From a virus, in IMG/VR virus record IMGVR_UViG_3300045988_142756: a DNA stretch of 64,000 bases; one strand, written 5' to 3'. The position numbers and the translations under genes were made by a program. The notes beneath the pieces are model-generated. The model ran no database searches. It was given only the letters and a program-made list of their open reading frames with translations, and was not told the origin of the DNA. Numbering within the stretch: the first letter of the stretch is position 1; every line of letters starts with the position of its first letter. Below are positions 6,556 through 15,116 of the stretch, piece after piece.

Positions 6556-7305
6556 ATGTTTTATAACATTCTAAAGCGTGAGAACAATGTTCTTGTATTA
6601 ACTAAAATTCCATCAGACAAAAATTTTAATGAACTTAAATACAGTTATTCCAGAATCCCTATGTCAGATACTGATACTGAAAATCTTTTGAAATGGCTTA
6701 AAGACAAAGGGGAAGAGGATATAGTATTTAATTTTATGAAAAACGGTAAAACCGAAATCGACCCTAAGAAATATCCAGAAGTTTTACAATCATTTTTTAA
6801 GAAAATCGCAATAGCAAAAGAAAATGGGAATTATGAAGATGTGCCTAATAAAGTATTAGATTCTGATATACCTGGTACTTCTGCATTGTTACGCAATAAA
6901 GATAAAACAGTTATCAAAATTGTAAGAAGAAGTGACGATAAAACTAAACTAAATAAAGTCTGTATTTCAAATGCGATAAGAGAAAACTTTTTCCGCGACG
7001 CAAAAGCACTACACGGTAGACCTGTAAGTGGTAACTATTGTATTTACATTGAAGACGGAGAAGCGTTTTATTACTGGAATAATCTTATGGATAATATTTA
7101 TTATAACCTGTATAATAAAGTCACTTCTAATAAAGATTTGAAGGCACAAATAACCGATGGCGTATTTATGTGCGAAATGGATAGTAGATTATCTTTACCA
7201 CAAGCACGAAATTATAAAATGTGCGGCGGGTGTAAAAATTGCACTAAATGCTGGAATAAACAAAATAAAGAATATCTAAATAAAAACTTCGGTACAAATT
7301 ATTAA
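6556..7305 (+). CDS. hypothetical protein (249 aa) with a C-terminal Cys cluster
   Basis: GTGAGG RBS; C-terminal MCGGCKNCTKCW. Confidence 0.65.
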   Translation: MFYNILKRENNVLVLTKIPSDKNFNELKYSYSRIPMSDTDTENLLKWLKDKGEEDIVFNFMKNGKTEIDPKKYPEVLQSFFKKIAIAKENGNYEDVPNKVLDSDIPGTSALLRNKDKTVIKIVRRSDDKTKLNKVCISNAIRENFFRDAKALHGRPVSGNYCIYIEDGEAFYYWNNLMDNIYYNLYNKVTSNKDLKAQITDGVFMCEMDSRLSLPQARNYKMCGGCKNCTKCWNKQNKEYLNKNFGTNY

Positions 7306-7318
7306 GGGGATAATAATT

Positions 7319-7585
7319 ATGCAGAGAGATGTATTGAATGATGACTTTAATGGATTTACTCACAAATATAAATATAACGCTGTACTAAAAGATGTTAAGA
7401 TTTGTGCTCACAATTATTATAACCGACTTCACCCTTATCAGGCGAGCGTAATGAAAATAAATAAACTTATCAAAGAAGTAATGGAAGAAACAGGACTTGA
7501 CGAATTAGACAGTGCTGAAATATTAAGAAGACGACTCAGATTTCAATACAGAGATGCATTAGAAGACGGGAGGATAAAAGAATGA
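7319..7585 (+). CDS. hypothetical protein
   Basis: AAGGGGA RBS; 88 aa. Confidence 0.55.
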   Translation: MQRDVLNDDFNGFTHKYKYNAVLKDVKICAHNYYNRLHPYQASVMKINKLIKEVMEETGLDELDSAEILRRRLRFQYRDALEDGRIKE

Positions 7586-7830
7586 TTATAACAAGAAAAG
7601 TAGCGTGTTTAGGTACAATAGAAGATTTTAAGAGATTTACAAATTCATATAATCTTGGAGTATCTTATATAGGAAAACCCAAAGCAATGGATATTAACGG
7701 CACCTGTTATTATCTTATAACTAACGATACTGATTTTGAAAATACTAAGTTCGATGGGTATTGTATAATAAATGAAGAATGGAAAAGAATAATTAACTTA
7801 TATAATATAGTTGATAATAGGACAGTATAA
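7582..7830 (+). CDS. hypothetical protein
   Basis: ATGA overlap with the previous gene. Confidence 0.55.
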   Translation: MIITRKVACLGTIEDFKRFTNSYNLGVSYIGKPKAMDINGTCYYLITNDTDFENTKFDGYCIINEEWKRIINLYNIVDNRTV

Positions 7831-7842
7831 GGAGTACAGAAA

Positions 7843-8259
7843 ATGACGCTTAAAGAATTATTGATACAATATGGAAACACAACCGACCCGGTCCAGGAAG
7901 CAGAAATTATAGAAAGGTGGTTTGTTGAAAACGACTTTGAAGATTTAGGACTCTCTATGATTGCTCGCTTGTCGGCAAAGAAAATCAAAAAATTACAAGA
8001 TAAGTTATCGTTTGCACAGTCGTGGATTCCAAACAAAATTGATATGAATGTGAACAAAGAGTTTGCTAACGATAAGACAACTGCTGATATGCTAAATAAA
8101 ATTATAACATATTGTATGCTGTCTATGTCATTGCCAGACGACATTGTTGAATGGGCAAAAACAAATATTCCTAACATAAACGTGCCAAGATTCTTTTTTA
8201 TGCCGACAGTAAAATATCTTAGAAAAAGATATGATATAGAGTTTAAGGATAAACCATAA
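7843..8259 (+). CDS. hypothetical protein
   Basis: AAGGAG RBS; 138 aa. Confidence 0.6.
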   Translation: MTLKELLIQYGNTTDPVQEAEIIERWFVENDFEDLGLSMIARLSAKKIKKLQDKLSFAQSWIPNKIDMNVNKEFANDKTTADMLNKIITYCMLSMSLPDDIVEWAKTNIPNINVPRFFFMPTVKYLRKRYDIEFKDKP

Positions 8260-8280
8260 TGGGATTTTTAGGAGATAGTA

Positions 8281-8598
8281 ATGAAAACAATTTACGCAAT
8301 AGATTATTTAGATAAATTTTTCACAGTAGAAATTCCTGTTATGTCTGAAAATGATACTATGTATTTCTTAGATTATGACAGACTAACATACGAACAAAAG
8401 TATGCGACGGATTGGAATATAGCGTTAGATAAAGATAAAGAAGGAACTTATAACTGGACAACAGACAAAGATAATTTTAATCAAATAAAAGAAAATTTTA
8501 TTAAGAATAGAATATCACAGTTACAAGAAGATGTAAATTATGCAAATTCGATATTAAATAACGCTGTTGCAAGTGCATACGAATTAGGTGTCGACTGA
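8281..8598 (+). CDS. hypothetical protein
   Basis: TAGGAG RBS; 105 aa. Confidence 0.6.
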   Translation: MKTIYAIDYLDKFFTVEIPVMSENDTMYFLDYDRLTYEQKYATDWNIALDKDKEGTYNWTTDKDNFNQIKENFIKNRISQLQEDVNYANSILNNAVASAYELGVD

Positions 8599-8783
8599 TG
8601 AATAATTTATCTAATATAGGTATGTTATATATTGTTATATACATATTATACTCTCTTGGTTTTATATTAACGGTAACAGGTGCTTTACTAAATGAGGCCA
8701 TATCGTTCGGGTGTGGTATAATATGTACTATGGTAAGTATATTTTATTTGCTGTTCGGTATCTTTTCGGCGAGTGAAAAATGA
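8598..8783 (+). CDS. small membrane protein (two hydrophobic helices)
   Basis: TGATG overlap; IGMLYIVIYILYSLGFILTVTGALL and GCGIICTMVSIFYLLFGIF. Confidence 0.55.
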   Translation: MNNLSNIGMLYIVIYILYSLGFILTVTGALLNEAISFGCGIICTMVSIFYLLFGIFSASEK

Positions 8784-9220
8784 AAAAGAAATTAGAAGAA
8801 TTTACATTAAGACAATTAAAAGATTTATGCGAGGAACAGAAGACTTGTGAAACCTGTCCTATCGGCAAAGTAACAAAAGTATTTTGTGAAATATTAAAAT
8901 CAGATTTATCAAATGAAATAGAATTTGGAGTAGTTGTAAAACCTACATATTACTTAAACAACATAACAACAGTTATAAATAACAGAATACCTAATATAGA
9001 AGTTGTTAAATATAAAGATCTGTATATCACCGGTGGCGAAAGGGATAAAGTATCATTATTCTTTACTGTTCGTCCTGGACAAAGATACGCATATATTCCT
9101 CGCATAACATTTAAGGTAGAATATACTTATTATAAGAGTAATTTTAATATTGATCTTGTAACTTGGAATAGTTTAAGTGATATATATTTAATAGTATATT
9201 CTGATAGGAGAAGAAAATGA
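8780..9220 (+). CDS. hypothetical protein
   Basis: ATGA overlap; 146 aa; CEEQKTCETCP motif. Confidence 0.6.
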   Translation: MKKKLEEFTLRQLKDLCEEQKTCETCPIGKVTKVFCEILKSDLSNEIEFGVVVKPTYYLNNITTVINNRIPNIEVVKYKDLYITGGERDKVSLFFTVRPGQRYAYIPRITFKVEYTYYKSNFNIDLVTWNSLSDIYLIVYSDRRRK

Positions 9221-9369
9221 AAAAGTATAATTATCACGACACAACAGAAGAATATCTTATAGGTGTTCTCAATCATTTTGCTCAAATGGGTTATCGAATA
9301 TTAACCGTAATACCTGAAATATATAAAGGAACTCAAATATATAAAATAATATATGAGGAAGAGACATAA
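9217..9369 (+). CDS. hypothetical protein (50 aa)
   Basis: ATGA overlap with 8780..9220. MKKYNYHDTTEEYLIGVLNHFAQMGYRILTV... Below the track length cutoff. Confidence 0.45.
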   Translation: MKKYNYHDTTEEYLIGVLNHFAQMGYRILTVIPEIYKGTQIYKIIYEEET

Positions 9370-9536
9370 TGACAGTAGATTATATTATTCACATATTAAC
9401 AGTTACTAAGGATACATTAGAGGCGTATAAAAAAGCAAAAGGTGAAGAAAAATTACGGCTTGCTGAAAAACTACGACCTCTTTTACTTTATGTTTCAAAA
9501 AATTTATCAGAATTTTCAAATAAATTTTATAATTAA
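9369..9536 (+). CDS. hypothetical protein (55 aa)
   Basis: TAATG overlap. MTVDYIIHILTVTKDTLEAYKKAKGEEKLRLAEKL... Below the track cutoff. Confidence 0.45.
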   Translation: MTVDYIIHILTVTKDTLEAYKKAKGEEKLRLAEKLRPLLLYVSKNLSEFSNKFYN

Positions 9537-9549
9537 CCCCTTAAAATAG

Positions 9550-9589
9550 TTTACAAAATTAAAAAAATAATATATAATATAATTGTAAA
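9550..9589 (+). promoter_or_regulatory. near-consensus early promoter TTTACA-N17-TATAAT-N5-TGTAAA
   Basis: TTTACA 9550, TATAAT 9573, TGTAAA 9584. About 40 nt is nearly identical to 59509-59548. Confidence 0.6.
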
Positions 9590-9622
9590 TAAACAAAAGG
9601 GCAAAACCCTAAGGAGTTAAAA

Positions 9623-10054
9623 ATGAAAGTAAACAGCAAGGAACAAGCGTGGGTAGAGGCAGATAAACTTTTTCCGACAGATTACATTAAAGACGAAAAG
9701 AAAAGTGATATAGCCGGTTATGATATATATTACAGCACTTGTGAAGGTGTAAACGCTTGGATAAGTGATTTAGAAGATAGATTAGAAATCAACCTTGCAA
9801 CAGGCGAAACGGTCAATATTTGGATAGAAGAGGAACCACAATTTAAGGAATACCAAATAGGTGATACACTGAAAGTTATAAACGATACGATATACGAAAT
9901 TGACGATAAGGTTGATAACAAATTAGCGGAAATTACAGGAATAAGAGAAGCAAGAAACAAATTATACGAAGCATATAAAGAGATAGCAAAAATATTAAAA
10001 GTACAACATCCAAACAGCGAACTATACACAAGATATAATTTACAAAACGCATAA
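9623..10054 (+). CDS. hypothetical acidic protein
   Basis: AAGGAG RBS preceded by a small hairpin at 9598-9610. Confidence 0.65.
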   Translation: MKVNSKEQAWVEADKLFPTDYIKDEKKSDIAGYDIYYSTCEGVNAWISDLEDRLEINLATGETVNIWIEEEPQFKEYQIGDTLKVINDTIYEIDDKVDNKLAEITGIREARNKLYEAYKEIAKILKVQHPNSELYTRYNLQNA

Positions 10055-10105
10055 ATAAAACAACAACCGAGTGGGGCGGTATATCCCCACAAAGGAGTTA
10101 AGAAA

Positions 10106-10324
10106 ATGAAAATCAATTGGTTCGATGAAGTAAAAACTATGTACGAGGCAGTTGTGTGGGAAGACGACAATAACCTATTGTTAGATGAAGACTACACAAC
10201 AAAAGCAGAAGCATTTAAGGCTGTTAAGACGTTCAAAAAGAAGTATAAGGGCAAAGGTAAACTTGAATGCTATGTAAGATTTTTTGACTTTGAAAATGAC
10301 TGGGTACAAGATTACAATTTATAA
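10106..10324 (+). CDS. hypothetical protein
   Basis: Hairpin GTGGGG/CCCCAC at 10071-10090, then AAAGGAGTTAAGAAAATG. Confidence 0.6.
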   Translation: MKINWFDEVKTMYEAVVWEDDNNLLLDEDYTTKAEAFKAVKTFKKKYKGKGKLECYVRFFDFENDWVQDYNL

Positions 10325-10336
10325 GGAGTTAAGAAA

Positions 10337-10486
10337 ATGACAAGACAAGAAATGATTCAACTGTTAAAAATGGTAAAAACTGCAATTGCTGAAGATGTGA
10401 ATAACGAGTTAGCAGGACATTCAATAGAGAAAGCATATTTTGCTATTGACGGCGTAATTGAAACGTTGGAAGAAGGCGAAGAATAA
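10337..10486 (+). CDS. hypothetical protein (49 aa)
   Basis: The translation-initiation region ATAAGGAGTTAAGAAAATGAC is identical to the one at 59803-59823. Below the track cutoff. Confidence 0.5.
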   Translation: MTRQEMIQLLKMVKTAIAEDVNNELAGHSIEKAYFAIDGVIETLEEGEE

Positions 10487-10494
10487 ATTGAACT

Positions 10495-10779
10495 ATGAAA
10501 TCTTTATACTTACAAGAATTTATGGTAGATAATAATTGTACGCTGTGTGAAGCGATAAATTCATATGTACAAGTGTGCAAAAACTTATCTACTTATTTAT
10601 CTACAATGTTAAATAAGTCAGTCGTTATAACGCCTGTATTTAAGAAATTAGATAAAGGAATAGTTGTAGGGGCACAGCATTGGCAAGACGGCATAATGAT
10701 AAAAGAATATTTCCATTATGACTTCTGTAAAGAAGCAATGGAAAAAGAAATATATAAATTTATACAGGAGAACAAATAA
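10495..10779 (+). CDS. hypothetical protein
   Basis: 94-aa ORF. Confidence 0.5.
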   Translation: MKSLYLQEFMVDNNCTLCEAINSYVQVCKNLSTYLSTMLNKSVVITPVFKKLDKGIVVGAQHWQDGIMIKEYFHYDFCKEAMEKEIYKFIQENK

Positions 10780-10780
10780 A

Positions 10781-10984
10781 ATGAAATTAGCAGACAGACA
10801 AGCAAAATTAGACGCCCACAAATGGGAAATGAGCCAAAAAGCAGGACACGATACTTGCGGAGAATATGATTTCTGTGCATATTGTAAAGGTGAAGAAGAA
10901 TTCCCTTGTGCAAGGGCGTATGACAGATTTGACAGAGAATTAAGGTCGACTTCTGCGTACAGAAAAGACAAGAAAAAGAAATGA
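10781..10984 (+). CDS. small Cys-rich protein
   Basis: ATG 10781 with a CAGGAG RBS. The track start at 10718 overlaps the previous gene. Sequence ...GHDTCGEYDFCAYCKGEEEFPCA... Confidence 0.5.
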   Translation: MKLADRQAKLDAHKWEMSQKAGHDTCGEYDFCAYCKGEEEFPCARAYDRFDRELRSTSAYRKDKKKK

Positions 10985-11415
10985 AATTTACTATAATACA
11001 TAATAATAAAGAATATCTTATCGACGCTAATAGTTTTAGTGAAGCAAGAAAAAAATTATTAGATATGTCGTTTACACAATCCGACGCCATAGACAAATGT
11101 AATTCTTTGGGTAGACAGTTTATAAACCATTTTGATAAGATATATAAAAATCCTAAAAGTCAATCTGTAAATCACTGGATAACAGAAATGACAAATGGGT
11201 GGAAGGAAGTTAAACAGATTAGATTAAAAGCAGATAATAAACCTATATCTAATTCTAAACTTCACGACTGGTTTTTTACCGTTGGTTCATACCCAGAGGA
11301 CGTCATAACTCGGCCTATAAACGGTGAGTTAGAGTGCTATGATATATTTATATTCAAGGTATTAAACGGCTGTGCTATAAAGGAATCTTTACGCGAAAGC
11401 GGCGTTAAAATTTAA
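10981..11415 (+). CDS. hypothetical protein carrying the recurrent N-terminal module; body weakly resembles a DUF29-like helical bundle
   Basis: N-terminus MKFTIIHNNKEYLIDANSFSEARKKLLD; ATGA overlap. Confidence 0.6.
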   Translation: MKFTIIHNNKEYLIDANSFSEARKKLLDMSFTQSDAIDKCNSLGRQFINHFDKIYKNPKSQSVNHWITEMTNGWKEVKQIRLKADNKPISNSKLHDWFFTVGSYPEDVITRPINGELECYDIFIFKVLNGCAIKESLRESGVKI

Positions 11416-11431
11416 TTTATAATAATCTTTA

Positions 11432-11448
11432 TATAATAATTTTGTAAA
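11432..11448 (+). promoter_or_regulatory. candidate late-type promoter core TATAAT-N5-TGTAAA without a TTTACA -35 box
   Basis: TATAAT 11432, TGTAAA 11443, 13 nt upstream of ATG 11461. Confidence 0.3.
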
Positions 11449-11460
11449 AAAGGAAATACT

Positions 11461-11742
11461 ATGATATCATATACAAGCAGAGTAGAAACATATACTAACT
11501 TCGGCGAGGATATAAAAAGAAATTGTGAACATCTTATAAAACTCGCTGAACAAGTAGATTCAGTACTAAATACATATTCAACTGATGTACAAGATATAGA
11601 CGCACAAAATCAAGCACACCAGATGTATTTAGCATTAAATCACGAAGTAAAAGAACTCGCAACTATATTAAATAGTATAAATGATGAAAATGGTCGACTT
11701 GATAGACTTTCAAATACATTACGACAAAGGGAAGGGCAATGA
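11461..11742 (+). CDS. hypothetical helical protein; small-terminase role not excluded
   Basis: 93 aa; first gene of the packaging block. The terminase suggestion is positional only. Confidence 0.55.
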   Translation: MISYTSRVETYTNFGEDIKRNCEHLIKLAEQVDSVLNTYSTDVQDIDAQNQAHQMYLALNHEVKELATILNSINDENGRLDRLSNTLRQREGQ

Positions 11743-12917
11743 AAACTTATAAGATAACCAGAGGTAATAAACAATATGTAATAAAAGCAAAAGATACTTA
11801 TTCTGCTGTTGCTAAATTACAGACTTTTTTGAAAGACAGTGAACCTATAGAAGATGATAGGTTATCTCCTATGACTTACAAAAAGTTAAAGGAAATGGGT
11901 TACAATTCAGACAAATGGAGAAATCTCACACAGGAAGAAGCAAACAAAATAGTTGCTAAATCTGAGACAAGTGCTAAACCCAAAACTGAAACGCCTAAGC
12001 AAGAAACTAAACAACCAAAAAATAATTCAGGTGCTGTTAAAAGTGAACTCGGTAACACTATAAGTTCCGATTTAGTTAAAAAATATCCTAATCTACATAA
12101 AGACTTAGGTAAGTTAGCGTCAGCGAATAGCAGAGTTCGTGAATTATCTAATTCAAATAATGGAAAAGATAAAGAAAAAGCATACGCATTGAGTGATAAG
12201 ATTGCGGCTTATTTAGATAAGCATTATCCGGATACATTAGGGGATGATTTAGGTGCGGATTCACTTTTAGATACTATTGGTGACGAAGATAGGTTTGAAG
12301 AAGCATTTTTGGATATCCTTGAAAATGGTAAACCAGAAGAAGCACCGGAAGAAACCGAATCTGTTAAATCAGAAGAAGGTCCAAGCAAGGAACTTCAAGA
12401 ACTTATTGCTAATAAACCTAATACTTTAGAATCTGCAACTGAACAAGGTAATAAGTTATGGGAGCAGATAAATAAAGATATTGCAAAACGTGGTTCAAAC
12501 ATTGTTAAAGCAAACGATGGCAGTGATTATACATTTGATATAACTGACGGCTCAAGTTATTCAAAAGCGTATAAAGCGGCATTGGCTGGTGCACCTGTAT
12601 CAGTAAATGGGTATGAAGCAAAAATTGAAAATCTTTCACCCGATGGGTATTTAAGAGCGTGCGCAACACAAAAAGAACAATCAGTTAAACAAATGATGGA
12701 AGACCGCATAGATGAAAATTATTATAAATTAGTTAAAGAATTAGGTAAATCTAAAACTATAAATAATTCTATATGGTTAGACCGGAATGCAAATCAACAA
12801 GAAGGTATTCATAGAGCAATGGCTCTTAAAAAATTAGGTGTAGAAACTATTCCTACCTTAGTGGTATCAAATAAACAAGTACCAGAAGAACAAAAAGATA
12901 AATATTTATCATTTTAA
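11739..12917 (+). CDS. recurrent N-terminal module plus C-terminal ParB/Srx-like nuclease-type domain
   Basis: N-terminus MKTYKITRGNKQYVIKAKDTYSAVAKLQTFLKD. C-terminal ...QQEGIHRAMALKKLGVETIPTLVV fits the ParB N-domain GxHR...G...IP pattern. Confidence 0.6.
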   Translation: MKTYKITRGNKQYVIKAKDTYSAVAKLQTFLKDSEPIEDDRLSPMTYKKLKEMGYNSDKWRNLTQEEANKIVAKSETSAKPKTETPKQETKQPKNNSGAVKSELGNTISSDLVKKYPNLHKDLGKLASANSRVRELSNSNNGKDKEKAYALSDKIAAYLDKHYPDTLGDDLGADSLLDTIGDEDRFEEAFLDILENGKPEEAPEETESVKSEEGPSKELQELIANKPNTLESATEQGNKLWEQINKDIAKRGSNIVKANDGSDYTFDITDGSSYSKAYKAALAGAPVSVNGYEAKIENLSPDGYLRACATQKEQSVKQMMEDRIDENYYKLVKELGKSKTINNSIWLDRNANQQEGIHRAMALKKLGVETIPTLVVSNKQVPEEQKDKYLSF

Positions 12918-12959
12918 TAAATAAAAACATTTATCAAATACAAAATAAAATATATATTG

Positions 12960-13012
12960 ATTCCTTTGATTCTATACAATATATTTGTATAACTAATCAA
13001 AGGAATTTTTTT
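12960..13012 (+). terminator. 12-bp perfect hairpin plus T7 run immediately upstream of terL
   Basis: ATTCCTTTGATT (12960-12971) pairs with AATCAAAGGAAT (12995-13006). The loop holds the palindrome ATACAA-tatat-TTGTAT. The T run at 13006-13012 abuts ATG 13013. Confidence 0.6.
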
Positions 13013-15055
13013 ATGCCAACGACAATAAATTTAAGAGAAGCCAAAATGTGGCAAATGAAAAAGTCGTTATATGCTTTCTTACGTGAAATGTGGGACGCAT
13101 ATGAAACGGCTCAGTATAGTGATATTTGGCTTATGGAATATCTATGTGAGTGCTTCCAGTATTCTGTGAAGCATTTTTTGCCGAATTATGTTTGGCGAGA
13201 TTGGATAACAGACGACGAATATAACTATATAAAAGAAAAATCTCACGGGGAGTGTCCTGTTAGAGATAAACTTATAAATGGCGAACACGTTCATAACCAC
13301 GATTGGAATATGCCACCTCGTCATTCAAAAAGTTCTATATTAAATATTTGTGGACCTGTTTGGTTAGGACTTAACTCACCTATATCCGTTGCAAGTGTAT
13401 CTCATACAGAACGCTTGTCAACAGAAATGAATACTAAACGCCAAAAATTATTGGAGAGTGATAAATTTAAGTATTATTTCACAGACAGTGCATATAGACT
13501 TAAAAATTCAACTGCTTCAATGATTAGACTTAACAGTGGGTCAACATTTTATTCGGTATGTCAATCATCTTTCACAGGTTTTGGTGCTGATGTTATTATA
13601 GCGGATGACTTAACTTCTGCCGATAATGCAAGAAAAGACGGACAAGTATTAAGAAATAGTATAGACTTTTTTAGAAAAACACTTCCAACCCGACTTAACA
13701 CAAAGAAAACAGGCGTAATATGGCATATAGAACAGAGAATTGCACGAGGCGATGTAAGTGGTTACATACAAGAGGATAAAGATTTATCGCGAGTATATAG
13801 TCATACAGAAATACAAGCAATAGCAACTGACGATAGAGTTTTAATATATCCGTGTAGTGGAAAAGTTAAAATAATTAAAAAAGGTGAAAAATTATGGCCT
13901 GAAAGATTTGGCGACTATTCTACTGCTAAAATGGAAATGGGTGCAGATGAATTTAATACTCAATACCAACAGGACGCAGGAGCGAGTGCAAGTAACATTG
14001 TTAAAGAACAATATATACATTATATAAGTGAAGAAGAATTTAGACGTGATTATAAACCTATGGCAGAATTCCATTATGGTTCACACGACTGCCCGGTAAA
14101 GGATAAAGAAATAAACGACTACCACGGGTTCGCAGAAGGATATGGTAGAGGTAATGAATTAGTAATATGCGAAGCGTGGCAAGAACATTTAGGGTATATA
14201 AAAGAAAAAGAACTATTAGTAAGTCTTGAAAATATAGACCCAGCAATAATACAGATAGTTGAAGATAAAGCAAACGGAGGTGCATTATTACAAGATTTAT
14301 CTTCTCAACTTGCAGGCTTAGCACCTTTTAATCCCGGAACAGACAGCAAATCTCAACGGTTGTCAATAGCAGCAACATATATGCAAAATGGAGCGGTAAG
14401 ATTTGTTAAATCCGATAAAACCTCAGAAGCAATAAGTAGTTTATTAAAATTTCCATTTTTAGTTCACGACGACGTTGTAGATGCTATAAGTCAAATGATT
14501 ATATATCACTTTACAAGTAGACGAATGGGTATATACACAAATAGTTTTACCTATCAAAATATAATACCAGATAGTGTTAGAGATAATTCACAATATTTGG
14601 AATATGGTGCAACTATTAACGGGGATACGATAAAGGTACTTGGTATAAATAGAATGTTTGATAGAGACGAATATGTTGTCGAAAAAGAATATATATTTAT
14701 AGGTATAAATAAATTTGAACAGTGGGCAAAAGAATTAAGAGGAAATTTATTATTAGATTGTAGTTATGAAAATAGATTATTTAACTTAGTTGATAAAAAT
14801 TCTGTATTTATGACCAAATTTAATGACACAGATACGGACAAATCTTTCCAACTTGTTAAATCTGGTTTTTATAATAACAAAATTAAAATATGTAACAGTT
14901 GCTCACAGACAAAAAACGACATTGCTAAATTAAGAATAACCGAATCATCACGCCGTAAAGGCACAGATGTACAAGAAACATTAGACGAAGGAATGGCGGG
15001 TTGCGTAAGAGGTTTAGTAACATATTTCAAAGGAATCGGTGGGCAGTGGTACTAA
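13013..15055 (+). CDS. terL: terminase large subunit
   Basis: Walker-A-like PPRHSKSS, Walker-B-like GADVIIADD, nuclease motif VHDDVVDAISQM. At 680 aa it has an unusually long C-terminal tail. Confidence 0.85.
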   Translation: MPTTINLREAKMWQMKKSLYAFLREMWDAYETAQYSDIWLMEYLCECFQYSVKHFLPNYVWRDWITDDEYNYIKEKSHGECPVRDKLINGEHVHNHDWNMPPRHSKSSILNICGPVWLGLNSPISVASVSHTERLSTEMNTKRQKLLESDKFKYYFTDSAYRLKNSTASMIRLNSGSTFYSVCQSSFTGFGADVIIADDLTSADNARKDGQVLRNSIDFFRKTLPTRLNTKKTGVIWHIEQRIARGDVSGYIQEDKDLSRVYSHTEIQAIATDDRVLIYPCSGKVKIIKKGEKLWPERFGDYSTAKMEMGADEFNTQYQQDAGASASNIVKEQYIHYISEEEFRRDYKPMAEFHYGSHDCPVKDKEINDYHGFAEGYGRGNELVICEAWQEHLGYIKEKELLVSLENIDPAIIQIVEDKANGGALLQDLSSQLAGLAPFNPGTDSKSQRLSIAATYMQNGAVRFVKSDKTSEAISSLLKFPFLVHDDVVDAISQMIIYHFTSRRMGIYTNSFTYQNIIPDSVRDNSQYLEYGATINGDTIKVLGINRMFDRDEYVVEKEYIFIGINKFEQWAKELRGNLLLDCSYENRLFNLVDKNSVFMTKFNDTDTDKSFQLVKSGFYNNKIKICNSCSQTKNDIAKLRITESSRRKGTDVQETLDEGMAGCVRGLVTYFKGIGGQWY

Positions 15056-15080
15056 AAATATAAATTATAACAAAATTTAA

Positions 15081-15097
15081 TAAAATAGTTATGTAAT
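15081..15097 (+). promoter_or_regulatory. candidate late-type core TAAAAT-N5-TGTAAT
   Basis: AATAAAATAGTTATGTAATTA closely resembles AATAAAATAAGTATGTAATTA at 49939. Confidence 0.25.
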
Positions 15098-15116
15098 TAA
15101 AAATAAGAGGTATATA

